A stretch of DNA of 64,000 nucleotides from a virus. Positions 47,921 through 56,735 of this stretch are shown one piece after another (position 1 is the stretch's first letter; each line of letters opens with the position of its first letter). Under the pieces are notes generated by a model. It was given only the letters and a program-made list of their open reading frames with translations. It did not search any database and was not told the DNA's origin. The translations under genes and the position numbers were made by a program. The stretch is taken from the IMG/VR virus record IMGVR_UViG_3300045988_047309, positions 1 through 64,000 of that record, one strand, 5' to 3'.

Positions 47921-48292
47921 TTATTTCTCCTTTACTACAAAACCACGTCCAACACGTTTTAACAACTCCAAAAAGATTCTGTGCTCATTATAAACAGGTA
48001 ACCAAGGCTTGCTGTCTTTTTGTCTTTTTACTTTAGATTCACAATGAGAAACGAGGAGATTATACATATCTTGCGATAATCCCTCAATAGGTTCAACCTT
48101 TTTTGTATGCTGTTCTTCCACTTTTGTAAATTCCTTTATGAATGTAGTACACCTTATAGCTTTATTCCTGATTGTAGCTCCTTGGTGTGAAACATTGCCG
48201 CTTGTGAGTTTACTACAGGTATCCTCAATATTTTCAAACCACGATATAAGCATATCTCTAAACTCTTTGTCAATTATATACTCTTGTTTCAT
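47921..48292 (-). CDS. hypothetical early protein (123 aa)
   Basis: Tightly packed array. Confidence 0.5.
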   Translation of the reverse strand: MKQEYIIDKEFRDMLISWFENIEDTCSKLTSGNVSHQGATIRNKAIRCTTFIKEFTKVEEQHTKKVEPIEGLSQDMYNLLVSHCESKVKRQKDSKPWLPVYNEHRIFLELLKRVGRGFVVKEK

Positions 48293-48294
48293 GT

Positions 48295-48690
48295 TTAATC
48301 CTCCTCTAAAATTCCAAAATGAGTGCCATCGGCAAATGTGTAAATATCAAACATGCGCTCAAATAAAACAGAGCCACAACTAAACATAACTCCTTCGTTG
48401 TGTATATAGTTTATTTCGGTTCGCACATTTCGTTCTTTTTCCTTCACCCACCCGAATGGCTGGTGTTTCAGCATCTCTTGCCAACACTCTTCTGCGTCCT
48501 TGAATGGGCGATATTTTAGCTCAGGCTTAGTACGAAAATTGTTTGGTTCTTCTTCTAAAATTCCAATAGGTAAGCCTTCTCTTTCTGTTAGGTCAACCCA
48601 TTCGCCTCTTTCATTTAAGATTTGAATAGTCTTACCATCTGCAAAGGCAGAAATTATACCTATATTCTTTTTAACGTTTTCTCTTTTCAT
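48295..48690 (-). CDS. hypothetical early protein (131 aa)
   Basis: Tightly packed array. Confidence 0.5.
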   Translation of the reverse strand: MKRENVKKNIGIISAFADGKTIQILNERGEWVDLTEREGLPIGILEEEPNNFRTKPELKYRPFKDAEECWQEMLKHQPFGWVKEKERNVRTEINYIHNEGVMFSCGSVLFERMFDIYTFADGTHFGILEED

Positions 48691-48794
48691 TGCTTTTTTG
48701 TTAAATTATTTTTTTTCTTCGTGGTCTTTCGCCCAATCCATAAAAAACTCTCGTAAAAATTTTATAGTATTTTTTGCTTCTTCTCTTGTCATAC

Positions 48795-48998
48795 TCAATC
48801 ATTTTTATATTCTTCCCATCCATTCTCCCATAAGCCACCTGAACGGATAGTCCAAAACTCATGTTGAGGAAGGATAGTTCCTTCTTCATCAACTAACTCC
48901 TTTCCTTTATATCGAACGAACTCACCTTTTGAGAACGAGTTGTGTCTTATCGGCTTTCCTACGCTGATAGCGAAAGCCATTGCTTCTTGCTTTGTCAT
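48795..48998 (-). CDS. hypothetical early protein
   Basis: Start taken at MTKQEAM, directly after the upstream stop. Confidence 0.45.
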   Translation of the reverse strand: MTKQEAMAFAISVGKPIRHNSFSKGEFVRYKGKELVDEEGTILPQHEFWTIRSGGLWENGWEEYKND

Positions 48999-48999
48999 A

Positions 49000-49209
49000 T
49001 CAATCATCCAACTCTTTAAGATAAACATGTACATCTGTAAATGTAAAGTTTGTCAGTTTTTTATATCTATTTACTATATCTTCTACAAGATACCATTTGT
49101 TTTCAATGATAACTTTCTCACCTATACGAGGAATATTATTGTAAGGGCATGTTTCATATTGCAATATGAAATTTTCCTCATCCTCTTTTTTATAAAAGAA
49201 CACATTCAT
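49000..49209 (-). CDS. hypothetical early protein (69 aa)
   Basis: ATGA overlap with the upstream frame. Confidence 0.45.
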   Translation of the reverse strand: MNVFFYKKEDEENFILQYETCPYNNIPRIGEKVIIENKWYLVEDIVNRYKKLTNFTFTDVHVYLKELDD

Positions 49210-49371
49210 AACAATCCATTCAATTTTAAAGTCATTTCCTCAACCAAGTTTTCAACTTCTCCCCAGTCGTGAGGGTCAAATCCTTCATCAAATAAGGCAC
49301 TCTCAGCTATTTTTTTGTATTTTGTTTAAGAGTTTAAGAAAATCTTCTTTGTCTATTTCTACTTTACTCAT
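49206..49371 (-). pseudogene. small ORF frame-disrupted at an A7 tract (plus-strand T7 at 49310-49316)
   Basis: MSKVEIDKEDFLKLLNKIQK then, one frame over, IAESALFDEGFDPHDWGEVENLVEEMTLKLNGLL. Both ends make ATGA overlaps with neighbours. The span is 166 nt (3n+1). Confidence 0.5.
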
Positions 49372-49544
49372 TGCTTATCCTCCTTTGCCTTTAAGTATCT
49401 TCGCTTGAAACTTTTGAACTGTTTGTTTATAGCATAAGCCTCTTCATCAAAGCCTTCATCTAAAGTACCAGACATAGCCATAAGGGATTCTGTTGCTTGA
49501 AAGAAAGCTTCAAAGTCCTTTTCTGTTACATTCATTTTTGCCAT
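49368..49544 (-). CDS. 58-aa ORF, paralog of the frame-disrupted neighbour
   Basis: Hand translation MAKMNVTEKDFEAFFQATESLMAMSGTLDEGFDEEAYAINKQ... shares the DEGFD motif. Confidence 0.45.
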   Translation of the reverse strand: MAKMNVTEKDFEAFFQATESLMAMSGTLDEGFDEEAYAINKQFKSFKRRYLKAKEDKQ

Positions 49545-49592
49545 ATTCTCTTCTTTTTACCCTCTCCCTGTTGCCAAGGAGAGAGTGGTTAG

Positions 49593-50081
49593 TTAATCTT
49601 TTTTCGGCTTAATACCCCATGCAAGGCATCCTAATCTAATATCTGTATCAATGTTTGAGCCATCAAAAACTCTCTCTTCTCCACTAATACATGTTAGGGT
49701 AATACCTATAGGCAATGAAGGGTAGAGATATAGCGGAATCAAACGAAGTCCAAGAGTGTTTCTCTCATTAGCAACCTTCTTATCAAATTCCTCCTTTGTA
49801 AGGTATCCATAGTCTAATTCTGACTGCAAGCAAGAAATTTCTTCCTCAACATCTCCTTCGGATTGCCAACTTCCAAAATGCAAGGCCTTACACTGACTTT
49901 CCGTAAGAGCATTCCAATCAATATCTTTCTTGAACTGTTCTTGAACTTTTTGCCAAGCATCATCGATACTTTCCTTTTTGTATTCTTCGTCCCACTTCTT
50001 ATATACTTGGGTACATGCAATTTGGTTTGCAAGCCATTTCAAAGTATTACTAACTTTGTCTTCTAATGAAATTTGTTCCAT
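49593..50081 (-). CDS. hypothetical early protein (162 aa)
   Basis: Clean ORF. Confidence 0.5.
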   Translation of the reverse strand: MEQISLEDKVSNTLKWLANQIACTQVYKKWDEEYKKESIDDAWQKVQEQFKKDIDWNALTESQCKALHFGSWQSEGDVEEEISCLQSELDYGYLTKEEFDKKVANERNTLGLRLIPLYLYPSLPIGITLTCISGEERVFDGSNIDTDIRLGCLAWGIKPKKD

Positions 50082-50110
50082 ATTACTTATATTTATCCTT
50101 TGCAGGATGG

Positions 50111-50416
50111 TTAGTTGATTTTCTTGATACTATCAATTTCTCCATAGTAAAGTACGAACTCTCTATTAGAGCGAGTACCATCTTTCTTTGCAGGATTGAC
50201 TCTTACCTCAATATCGCCAGTGAAATGGTTTCTATATTTCTCAGGAACAATACTTGCGATCCAGCATACATCACATCGGCTGCAGCTTACTTTGTCTCCA
50301 GCCTTGTATGGAAGACTTTCGATGTAGTCATTCACGCAAGAACAAATCTCATCGTTAGCATCATTGATGATGCTTTGTTGCTTTGCAACCTTTGCTTTTA
50401 ATTCTTCTTTTGTCAT
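50111..50416 (-). CDS. hypothetical early protein (101 aa)
   Basis: Clean ORF. Confidence 0.5.
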   Translation of the reverse strand: MTKEELKAKVAKQQSIINDANDEICSCVNDYIESLPYKAGDKVSCSRCDVCWIASIVPEKYRNHFTGDIEVRVNPAKKDGTRSNREFVLYYGEIDSIKKIN

Positions 50417-50420
50417 ATCA

Positions 50421-50948
50421 TTATATTTTTAAGTTACTATCTATATGCAAAGCATATAATAAATGTTGGAGTTCGTGAACATAGGTAAACTCAAAACGAA
50501 AATCGTGATTACATTCATTTATATAGTTCCAATCTCTAAGATTTTCACATTGACTGATTTGTAAGTCACCATAAGTCATTCTATCAAGCTCGTCCCATTT
50601 ATCATCCAATTCCTTGGAAAACTGATAGCCACGCTCTTCGCTGCCAGCGTAAAACCAGCTTATGGATTTTTCCCACCCATTCTTTTCTAAGATAGCAGGA
50701 ACAAGAGGAATGGGAATAATATCCTTAACCCATGCACCACAATCGCCTAAGAGATAACCTTTATCTCCAAATTTCGCACCTTCGAGGTTATCCAAGCGGA
50801 CAGTACCTTTCAGAACTGTTCCATCGTCTAACTCCAAAGTCTTTGACGTGTCGGAAGCTGCTACTCTGTAAACGACATCTTTTGCAGTACCTAAAGGTAC
50901 TCCGTTTGTCATCACCATATCTCCTGGAATGTATTCTAACTCATTCAT
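50421..50948 (-). CDS. hypothetical early protein (175 aa)
   Basis: Clean ORF. Confidence 0.5.
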   Translation of the reverse strand: MNELEYIPGDMVMTNGVPLGTAKDVVYRVAASDTSKTLELDDGTVLKGTVRLDNLEGAKFGDKGYLLGDCGAWVKDIIPIPLVPAILEKNGWEKSISWFYAGSEERGYQFSKELDDKWDELDRMTYGDLQISQCENLRDWNYINECNHDFRFEFTYVHELQHLLYALHIDSNLKI

Positions 50949-50953
50949 ATGCT

Positions 50954-51208
50954 TTATTTTATTCTTTTAAATCTGATAACAGCCTCTACTTGCTCATATG
51001 TTGTATGTGAAAAGATATAAAAATAGTAGCCTCCTCGACTATGATCAATTCCATCAGAAGCATTAACATCTACATTGTTAAACTTGTAAACAAAAGTTTT
51101 ACCGTCAATAAAGGTTAACTCATACACTCTTGTCTCAGTTTTAATTGGCTCTCTTTTGCATGCCGTAAATTGTAATACAAAGAATATTGCAAAAATTATC
51201 TTTTTCAT
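50954..51208 (-). CDS. small lipoprotein (84 aa)
   Basis: MKKIIFAIFFVLQFTAC signal peptide with a lipobox-like FTAC. Confidence 0.55.
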   Translation of the reverse strand: MKKIIFAIFFVLQFTACKREPIKTETRVYELTFIDGKTFVYKFNNVDVNASDGIDHSRGGYYFYIFSHTTYEQVEAVIRFKRIK

Positions 51209-51220
51209 ACGCTATTTATT

Positions 51221-51418
51221 TTAAACATAACAATCTGCTTCAAAAGGGTTTCCGAACCTGTCACAGATAATAATATCGGCTCGATCATTGTTTACCTCCT
51301 CTCTGATTGCTTCTAATTGCTGAATAATGTTATCAATCGTCTTACCACTATAGTCTATAGCTATCTCTTTCAAAACAGCAATTTTAGCATTAAGCCTTGC
51401 GTATTCTCCTACTGTCAT
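51221..51418 (-). CDS. hypothetical early protein (65 aa)
   Basis: Clean ORF. Confidence 0.45.
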   Translation of the reverse strand: MTVGEYARLNAKIAVLKEIAIDYSGKTIDNIIQQLEAIREEVNNDRADIIICDRFGNPFEADCYV

Positions 51419-51852
51419 TATTCTTCACCTCCTTCCTTTGGTAGTAAATCATCAATATAAAACCAATCCGATGTTCCAAGATTAGAGTTTGCTTTATTCC
51501 ATACTTCCGAAGGATTTTTGGAATACATATCACATGGAGGCGTGTATGTTGTGTAATAAAAAGGATATTTTAGTAATGTATCCTCTTCTGTATCGTATAT
51601 TGCTTTAGCTAATATGGATGCATTTGGTTTTGTTGGAATTTCACTTGCAGGATGCCACAGGTTCTTCAAGAACTCATTGATAGCCCACTTAGCACCGTCC
51701 TTAAATAATTTTGCACCAAATTCTTGACAGAAATGATGTTGACCATCAACCTCTGTGTCTTCATTATAAGACATTATAGGCAAATCTTGTTCATATAAGT
51801 CTGCTGTTTCTCTTGCAGCTTGTTCAAGCTTCTTGTTGTCTATCATAACCAT
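51418..51852 (-). CDS. hypothetical early protein (144 aa)
   Basis: Clean ORF. Confidence 0.5.
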   Translation of the reverse strand: MVMIDNKKLEQAARETADLYEQDLPIMSYNEDTEVDGQHHFCQEFGAKLFKDGAKWAINEFLKNLWHPASEIPTKPNASILAKAIYDTEEDTLLKYPFYYTTYTPPCDMYSKNPSEVWNKANSNLGTSDWFYIDDLLPKEGGEE

Positions 51853-51985
51853 CTAAGTATTTTACACATTATTAAATAAATATTATAAACATAGCGATTG
51901 GACGGATAATTATTACAGAAATCTCCTAAATCATTCGTTCAATCTAAGACCCACTTTGTGTGTAGTAACAACCACAAATCTCTTT

Positions 51986-53002
51986 TCATCCTTTCCACTC
52001 ATCGGTTGTACCCACGAGGAGCTTAGTCTGGTCGTTATAAGGAAGGATAATTAAGTTAACCAAATCTTCATCTTTAGACGCACCCATTGGAATAGCACCA
52101 TACTCATCAACATAAGAAACGAAACTTGCTTGCCATATAGAGCCTTCGCAATTCTGTATCTTCCAAATACATCTGTCGAATGGTTTGAGTTCAACTTTTG
52201 GCTTCAAATCTACTATCTGTTTTTTCTCTGCATCCCAAGCTTTGCCTTTCTCTGCGAGAGCTTCAAAGAGTTGTTTCTGCTCTTCTTCTGTAGATGGACG
52301 AGCTGTACAGAAGTCTTTTTTACAATAACCATCATCATTAACAATAGCTATGTTTCCATCGAGGAAAGCATGACAGTAATACTTTTCGACATCTTTTGCC
52401 CTGAAGATAAAGATAAGATTATTTCCAATTTGAGGCGTAATGGTAATAATATCCCCATCCTTGAACTCAGGATGAGGTTTCTCTACTTCCAAGGTCTCAA
52501 GGTTAAGCTTACCACCTAATCTTTCCTCGATGTTTTTGATATAGGACTGAGCTTCATTATCGTTGGCTTTCTCAAATATAGAAGTAAGCATTTTGGTTTC
52601 TTCTTTACTATAATCTTCTTCGTCACATTCTTTCCAAAGATAATGCTTGCCTTTAAATCTTGTGTAGGTATTATCCTCAAACTTTTCAAAGATAATGTGT
52701 GTGTTATCTTTACAAATCAAGACATCACCTTTCTTTAAATCGAACTTGTGCCAGTCACGCATTTCTTTTGAAGGAAGAAGAGTCTGTAAACCATCAGGAC
52801 ATCCTCTTACTGTACCAAATTCGGAATAACTACGATGGCAAGTAGTATTATTATCGGTCTCATTTGTACACCAAACTACTGTTTCTGTATCTGTAGTGCT
52901 GATTGTATCTAACTCGACATCTACATTATACAGCAAATCATATAACTTAGTTCCTTGCGGTTTATCTTTAAGAATTTCCGCTATGTTAATCTTTGCTTCC
53001 AT
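51986..53002 (-). CDS. hypothetical early protein (338 aa)
   Basis: Longest ORF of the early array. No motif recognised. Confidence 0.55.
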   Translation of the reverse strand: MEAKINIAEILKDKPQGTKLYDLLYNVDVELDTISTTDTETVVWCTNETDNNTTCHRSYSEFGTVRGCPDGLQTLLPSKEMRDWHKFDLKKGDVLICKDNTHIIFEKFEDNTYTRFKGKHYLWKECDEEDYSKEETKMLTSIFEKANDNEAQSYIKNIEERLGGKLNLETLEVEKPHPEFKDGDIITITPQIGNNLIFIFRAKDVEKYYCHAFLDGNIAIVNDDGYCKKDFCTARPSTEEEQKQLFEALAEKGKAWDAEKKQIVDLKPKVELKPFDRCIWKIQNCEGSIWQASFVSYVDEYGAIPMGASKDEDLVNLIILPYNDQTKLLVGTTDEWKG

Positions 53003-53013
53003 ATTATTTTACT

Positions 53014-53214
53014 TTAATTTCTCATTATATGTAACTTAACAACTTTGTTTGCCGTGAGCGGTTGCTGTTTATTGAATTTCTCGATAAGCCTTCGTTCCAT
53101 CTGCTCGGGGAAGATGGGCTTTGTCGGCTTTGGGATGGTGATAGTAGCTTGTGTTTTGCTACCATCACTCAAAGTCATCAAGCATCTTCTTGTGATTTGT
53201 TCTGTTTGAAACAT
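53014..53214 (-). CDS. hypothetical early protein (66 aa)
   Basis: Clean ORF. Confidence 0.45.
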   Translation of the reverse strand: MFQTEQITRRCLMTLSDGSKTQATITIPKPTKPIFPEQMERRLIEKFNKQQPLTANKVVKLHIMRN

Positions 53215-53243
53215 ATTTTATCCTCCTAATATTTCTTTCATAT

Positions 53244-53468
53244 TTACTTTGATTTAATTTTTCTGATAGTGAAGGCACTATCGTTGAGTGTTCTGCACCA
53301 GTCTATCTTGCCTTCTGTGTATAACTCATTCAGGGCTTGCTGTGGCTGGTGGACTCCTCGTTTGATGATTTCGGTGGTAAGAACGTGGCAGGGGACGATG
53401 TTTGCCGCCTTACGCTCGGACTGAATATCAGCGATGATGGCTAAGACTTGTTCTTTCTCGGTCTTCAT
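53244..53468 (-). CDS. hypothetical small protein (74 aa), possibly winged-helix
   Basis: Composition only. Confidence 0.4.
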   Translation of the reverse strand: MKTEKEQVLAIIADIQSERKAANIVPCHVLTTEIIKRGVHQPQQALNELYTEGKIDWCRTLNDSAFTIRKIKSK

Positions 53469-53505
53469 CTGGTGGGAAAGGTAAGAATGATACGTGAGTT
53501 ACTTG

Positions 53506-53793
53506 TTAAAAGAGTGATAGCTGACCCTCCTTGTCGTGATAGTGATTCCCTGATGGGAATATCAGTTCCTCGAACATAGCAGACAGGCAGTTGGTGACTA
53601 TTGAATTTCCTGCCAGGGCATAGAGCTTGCTTTTGCAGATGATGGGTGATCCGTCTTTCTCCTTGCTCAGGAGTTTGTCTATGTCAGCTTCATGTACTCC
53701 CATCAGACGGAAACAATCTCTTGGAGTGTACTTCCTGATGGAGATGGAGTATTTCTTGCCGTTGGGTGCGGTGTGAATGATTTCTTTATTCAT
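53506..53793 (-). CDS. C5-methyltransferase C-terminal fragment (motifs IX and X)
   Basis: IRKYTPRDCFRLMGV (IX) and AGNSIVTNCL (X). Confidence 0.8.
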   Translation of the reverse strand: MNKEIIHTAPNGKKYSISIRKYTPRDCFRLMGVHEADIDKLLSKEKDGSPIICKSKLYALAGNSIVTNCLSAMFEELIFPSGNHYHDKEGQLSLF

Positions 53794-53803
53794 TGTCCAG
53801 TTT

Positions 53804-53989
53804 TCATACCTCTTTAATGATTAATACTAAATTGTCTGTGAAGAAACTTGTGATGGTGTTACTAAGTCCATCGGTACGTGGTGTTCTGTGTTTCATCTTT
53901 GCTTGGAAGCTGCACTTATGAGTGTCGTATGCTTTGCGCATCATCCTTCCTTCGACTGTGCGTTCCTTGTAGAGGATGGCTTTTCTCAT
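53804..53989 (-). CDS. C5-methyltransferase TRD-like mini-ORF C (61 aa)
   Basis: RTVEGRMMRKAYD...PRTDGLSNTITSFFTDNLVLIIKEV. ATGA overlap with ORF B. Confidence 0.6.
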   Translation of the reverse strand: MRKAILYKERTVEGRMMRKAYDTHKCSFQAKMKHRTPRTDGLSNTITSFFTDNLVLIIKEV

Positions 53990-54147
53990 GTCTCTTTAAT
54001 GATTAAGAATAGTGGTATGCAGCCACCCCCATGGCCCATGGCAGAATTAAGGGTAGGAGAGATTCCTTTAGTGGAATAGACCCTGGTATGCTGTTCGATT
54101 CTGCCTTTAATATGGAGGTTTGCCAACTTTATAATTTTGTCACACAT
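53986..54147 (-). CDS. C5-methyltransferase TRD-like mini-ORF B (53 aa)
   Basis: Hand translation MCDKIIKLANLHIKGRIEQHTRVYSTKGISPTLNSAMGHGGGCIPLFLIIKET. TAATG overlap with ORF A. Confidence 0.6.
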   Translation of the reverse strand: MCDKIIKLANLHIKGRIEQHTRVYSTKGISPTLNSAMGHGGGCIPLFLIIKET

Positions 54148-54275
54148 TATATTTCCTTGATGATTAAAACTCCACCTTTCGGATAATGAGCCGTGTCAAT
54201 GAAGTTCATTACACTTGCCTTACCGATACTGGCGGTGACTGCAACTGAGCATCCGTCAGCCGTTTTTGGTATCAC
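54147..54275 (-). CDS. C5-methyltransferase TRD-like mini-ORF A (42 aa, GTG start)
   Basis: Hand translation (M)IPKTADGCSVAVTASIGKASVMNFIDTAHYPKGGVLIIKEI. The GTG overlaps the TAG of the N-terminal fragment (TAGTG). Confidence 0.45.
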   Translation of the reverse strand: MIPKTADGCSVAVTASIGKASVMNFIDTAHYPKGGVLIIKEI

Positions 54276-55018
54276 TATCTTCGGGGGGGGTAGAGTTTTT
54301 GGATTGCTTCATTGATGTCTGCTTTGGAGAGATACTTTTCAAGAAGGGGTTGGGACATGAAATATTCTTGAGATACATTGTCTTCAAGTATGTCCTCAAC
54401 CTTTGTGGTGAGTGGTATCGGTGAAGGAAAATGATACTCAGGGTTCGGGTCCTCGTCTGTTCTTAGAATGGAAAAGACAAATATTCGCTCTCTGTTCTGA
54501 GGAATACCGTAGTCCTTTGCGTTCAAGACCTTATAGAATGACGCATAACCAAAACTCTCCAAATCTTTGAGATATTTGAAAAAGAAGGGCAGCATTTTCT
54601 TGGTGAGCAGTCCTTTGACATTCTCCAACATCACATACTTGGGGTGCTTTGCTTCTATCATACGTCTTTCCTGAAAGATAAGTGACGATCGTGTTCCGCT
54701 GCCTTCCTCTGCGCCTTTCCGCAGTCCTGCCATTGAGAAATCCTGACAGGGTGAAGACCAACTGATGAAATCGAAGTCAGGAACCTCGTTCCAGTCTATC
54801 CTCGTCACATCACCGAAGTTAGGAGCTTCCCATCCGTGAAGCAGCCGATAAGCCTGAATAGCAGATGGCTCTATCTCGGATATGCCCACCACCTTGAAGT
54901 CGAAATCAGGGTGTTTTTCTTTCAGATACTTAAACGAAAGAGACTGACTGCCATATCCTGCGAAAGCCTCGAAGACTCTTAATGGGTTTTGCTGGTTGTA
55001 GTTGCTTGTTGCTATCAT
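54275..55018 (-). CDS. C5-methyltransferase N-terminal catalytic fragment (motifs I-VIII)
   Basis: FAGYGS (I), SPCQDFS (IV), ENVKG (VI), QNRERIF (VIII). The ORF stops 3 codons after a C8 tract. Confidence 0.85.
   Translation of the reverse strand: MIATSNYNQQNPLRVFEAFAGYGSQSLSFKYLKEKHPDFDFKVVGISEIEPSAIQAYRLLHGWEAPNFGDVTRIDWNEVPDFDFISWSSPCQDFSMAGLRKGAEEGSGTRSSLIFQERRMIEAKHPKYVMLENVKGLLTKKMLPFFFKYLKDLESFGYASFYKVLNAKDYGIPQNRERIFVFSILRTDEDPNPEYHFPSPIPLTTKVEDILEDNVSQEYFMSQPLLEKYLSKADINEAIQKLYPPRR
54283..54290. repeat. G8/C8 homopolymer at the 3' end of the methyltransferase N-terminal fragment
   Basis: Read directly. One extra C would fuse the N-terminal fragment to mini-ORF A. Confidence 0.9.
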
Positions 55019-55020
55019 TC

Positions 55021-55560
55021 TTATAACAGATTTGTAGGGATGCCAAGTCGTGCAAAGGTCCCGTTGTCACGATATATCTCCAACTGCGTTTTGCATAAGC
55101 TATCGGGATTCTTTTGCAGAAGCTCCAACATGCCGATAATGCGTTGACGAAGAACGTTGTCCTTTGTTCTTTTAGTATGCAACTCCTGTTCGGCCTTTGT
55201 TTTTGAGATAAGCTGGCTTATCTTAGAAGGGTGCACGTTGGCGGCTACTGGCGGTTCTTTTGCTCCTATAAGTTCGTCCTCCCATCCTCGCTGATTGAGG
55301 AACGTTTGGAAATTCTTGCGATACTGCTTGTCGGGTTGGGAGAGTACATAGAGAGGAATGTACTCTATAGCAGCCTTGCGGTCTTTCTTGCTCATAGAGT
55401 TCCACTTCTTTTCCAACTTAGATTTGCAGCCGACTTTCTTTTCGTAGAGATTCCATGCCCGATCAAAGGTATATTCGTCTTTGACTTCCCTGGGTGGAGA
55501 AGTAACTTTGTAGCCGTTTTCTGTAAGAAATTGTATAGCCTGTCTGATTGCTTCTGTCAT
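55021..55560 (-). CDS. hypothetical replication/recombination-module protein (179 aa)
   Basis: Operon context only. Confidence 0.5.
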   Translation of the reverse strand: MTEAIRQAIQFLTENGYKVTSPPREVKDEYTFDRAWNLYEKKVGCKSKLEKKWNSMSKKDRKAAIEYIPLYVLSQPDKQYRKNFQTFLNQRGWEDELIGAKEPPVAANVHPSKISQLISKTKAEQELHTKRTKDNVLRQRIIGMLELLQKNPDSLCKTQLEIYRDNGTFARLGIPTNLL

Positions 55561-55976
55561 AGTTCACCATTTAGATAATTGTCGATTGCTTGGATAAACT
55601 CGTCTATAGAACGGATGACGATGTACTTTCCTCCGTGCCGCTCCACTTCGCACTGAAACACCTTTTGCTCTGGCTCTTGTCTGCCTTTAGGTGTTTTGTT
55701 TTCGATGCAGAGGAAACCGAATTGAGAGGTGCGCTTTAGGAGCAGCATATCAGCAACTCCTGCCTTCATGCCTTCTTCTTTCAGCCATGCGGCTTGTCGT
55801 GAGGTTCGCTTGCCACCATTCGGAACGGCAAAGAAGACACCTTCAAGGTCAGGATATACCCCACGGATATATCTGACCTCTGCGGCTTGCAAGTTATGCT
55901 CGTCATAAGATGCACGCTTGCGTATCTTCTTGTCTTCCTGTTCTAACCTTGCCTTGATTTCTGCGTATGATGTCAT
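55557..55976 (-). CDS. VRR-NUC domain nuclease
   Basis: FFAVPNGGKRTSRQAAWLKEEGMKAGVADMLLL...FLCIENKTPKGRQEPEQ fits the VRR-NUC PD-(D/E)xK pattern. Confidence 0.7.
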   Translation of the reverse strand: MTSYAEIKARLEQEDKKIRKRASYDEHNLQAAEVRYIRGVYPDLEGVFFAVPNGGKRTSRQAAWLKEEGMKAGVADMLLLKRTSQFGFLCIENKTPKGRQEPEQKVFQCEVERHGGKYIVIRSIDEFIQAIDNYLNGEL

Positions 55977-56734
55977 TACCAGTCAGTTGAGAAAAGGTCG
56001 TTGAGAGATTCTTTACCCATGATACGGATGGCTTCTTTTGTAAGGTCTTCACTCTTGAAGTAAACGCTCGCGTCGTTTATTGCCTGATTATATCGAGTAG
56101 AGAAACTTTCTCCATCCTTAACGATACACCATTTTTTTTCGGGGCTGCGAAAGTCAGGTTTCCATCCTTTGTTGAGATACTTGGCGATGTTCTGCAACTT
56201 ATTAAAAGCGGCCAACCGCTTTGCTTGAGCCGTACTTGTACAGTTGCTTAAATCATTATAAGTAATATACCCTGAAACGTTATTTTCGATTTTTTTATCA
56301 TAAACCCAGTATGTTCTTTTGTGTAAGAACAGTTTCTTGCAAATATCATCATAAGTGATAGGGTTTCCTTCATCATCTTTAGTAGGCTTCTCGTCTCCTT
56401 CAATCTTCTTACGAACCATCAACTTACCATCCTCAGCGAAGAAGAACTGGAGGTTATCAGGTACAGGGTACTCAACTGCCGAACCATCAGCAGGAATACG
56501 CAACTTAGATAAGGTTGCATTGCCGTTGTTGATGTTGTTGATGTCCTTGTTGGTAATTCCTTTAGCATGAATATCAGGAGTCTTTTTTGCTTCTGCCATT
56601 TTCTCAGCAATCATTTCCGTACCCTTGCCAAGTAATGCTCCGAAAAGCATTGATACGAATGGTGATAACTCCGTTTTGTTGTTGTTGCGCTGACGATCAT
56701 GTCTGTTGTTGCGCTTGTTGTTTCTGTGTGTCAT
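55976..56734 (-). CDS. hypothetical protein with Arg/Asn-rich N-terminus
   Basis: Start at MTHRNNK next to the upstream stop. Confidence 0.5.
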   Translation of the reverse strand: MTHRNNKRNNRHDRQRNNNKTELSPFVSMLFGALLGKGTEMIAEKMAEAKKTPDIHAKGITNKDINNINNGNATLSKLRIPADGSAVEYPVPDNLQFFFAEDGKLMVRKKIEGDEKPTKDDEGNPITYDDICKKLFLHKRTYWVYDKKIENNVSGYITYNDLSNCTSTAQAKRLAAFNKLQNIAKYLNKGWKPDFRSPEKKWCIVKDGESFSTRYNQAINDASVYFKSEDLTKEAIRIMGKESLNDLFSTDW

Positions 56735-56735
56735 A

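Noticed and set aside
48701-48892. 63-aa minus-strand ORF overlapping 48795..48998
   Set aside because: It overlaps a better ORF in another frame. The gap it would fill is also covered by a 28-codon ORF (48706..48792, MTREEAKNTIKFLREFFMDWAKDHEEKK), which I did not list because it is too short to support.
51901-51909. GACGGATAA resembling the late-promoter box
   Set aside because: Only an 8-nt partial match. No TAnnTTTG lies 24 nt downstream and there is no plus-strand gene to drive.
54283-54290. Explaining the whole split methyltransferase as a homopolymer sequencing error
   Set aside because: Only the first junction involves the C8 tract. The other four junctions are clean TAATG/ATGA overlaps in non-repetitive sequence. 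An error at the first junction remains possible and is flagged.
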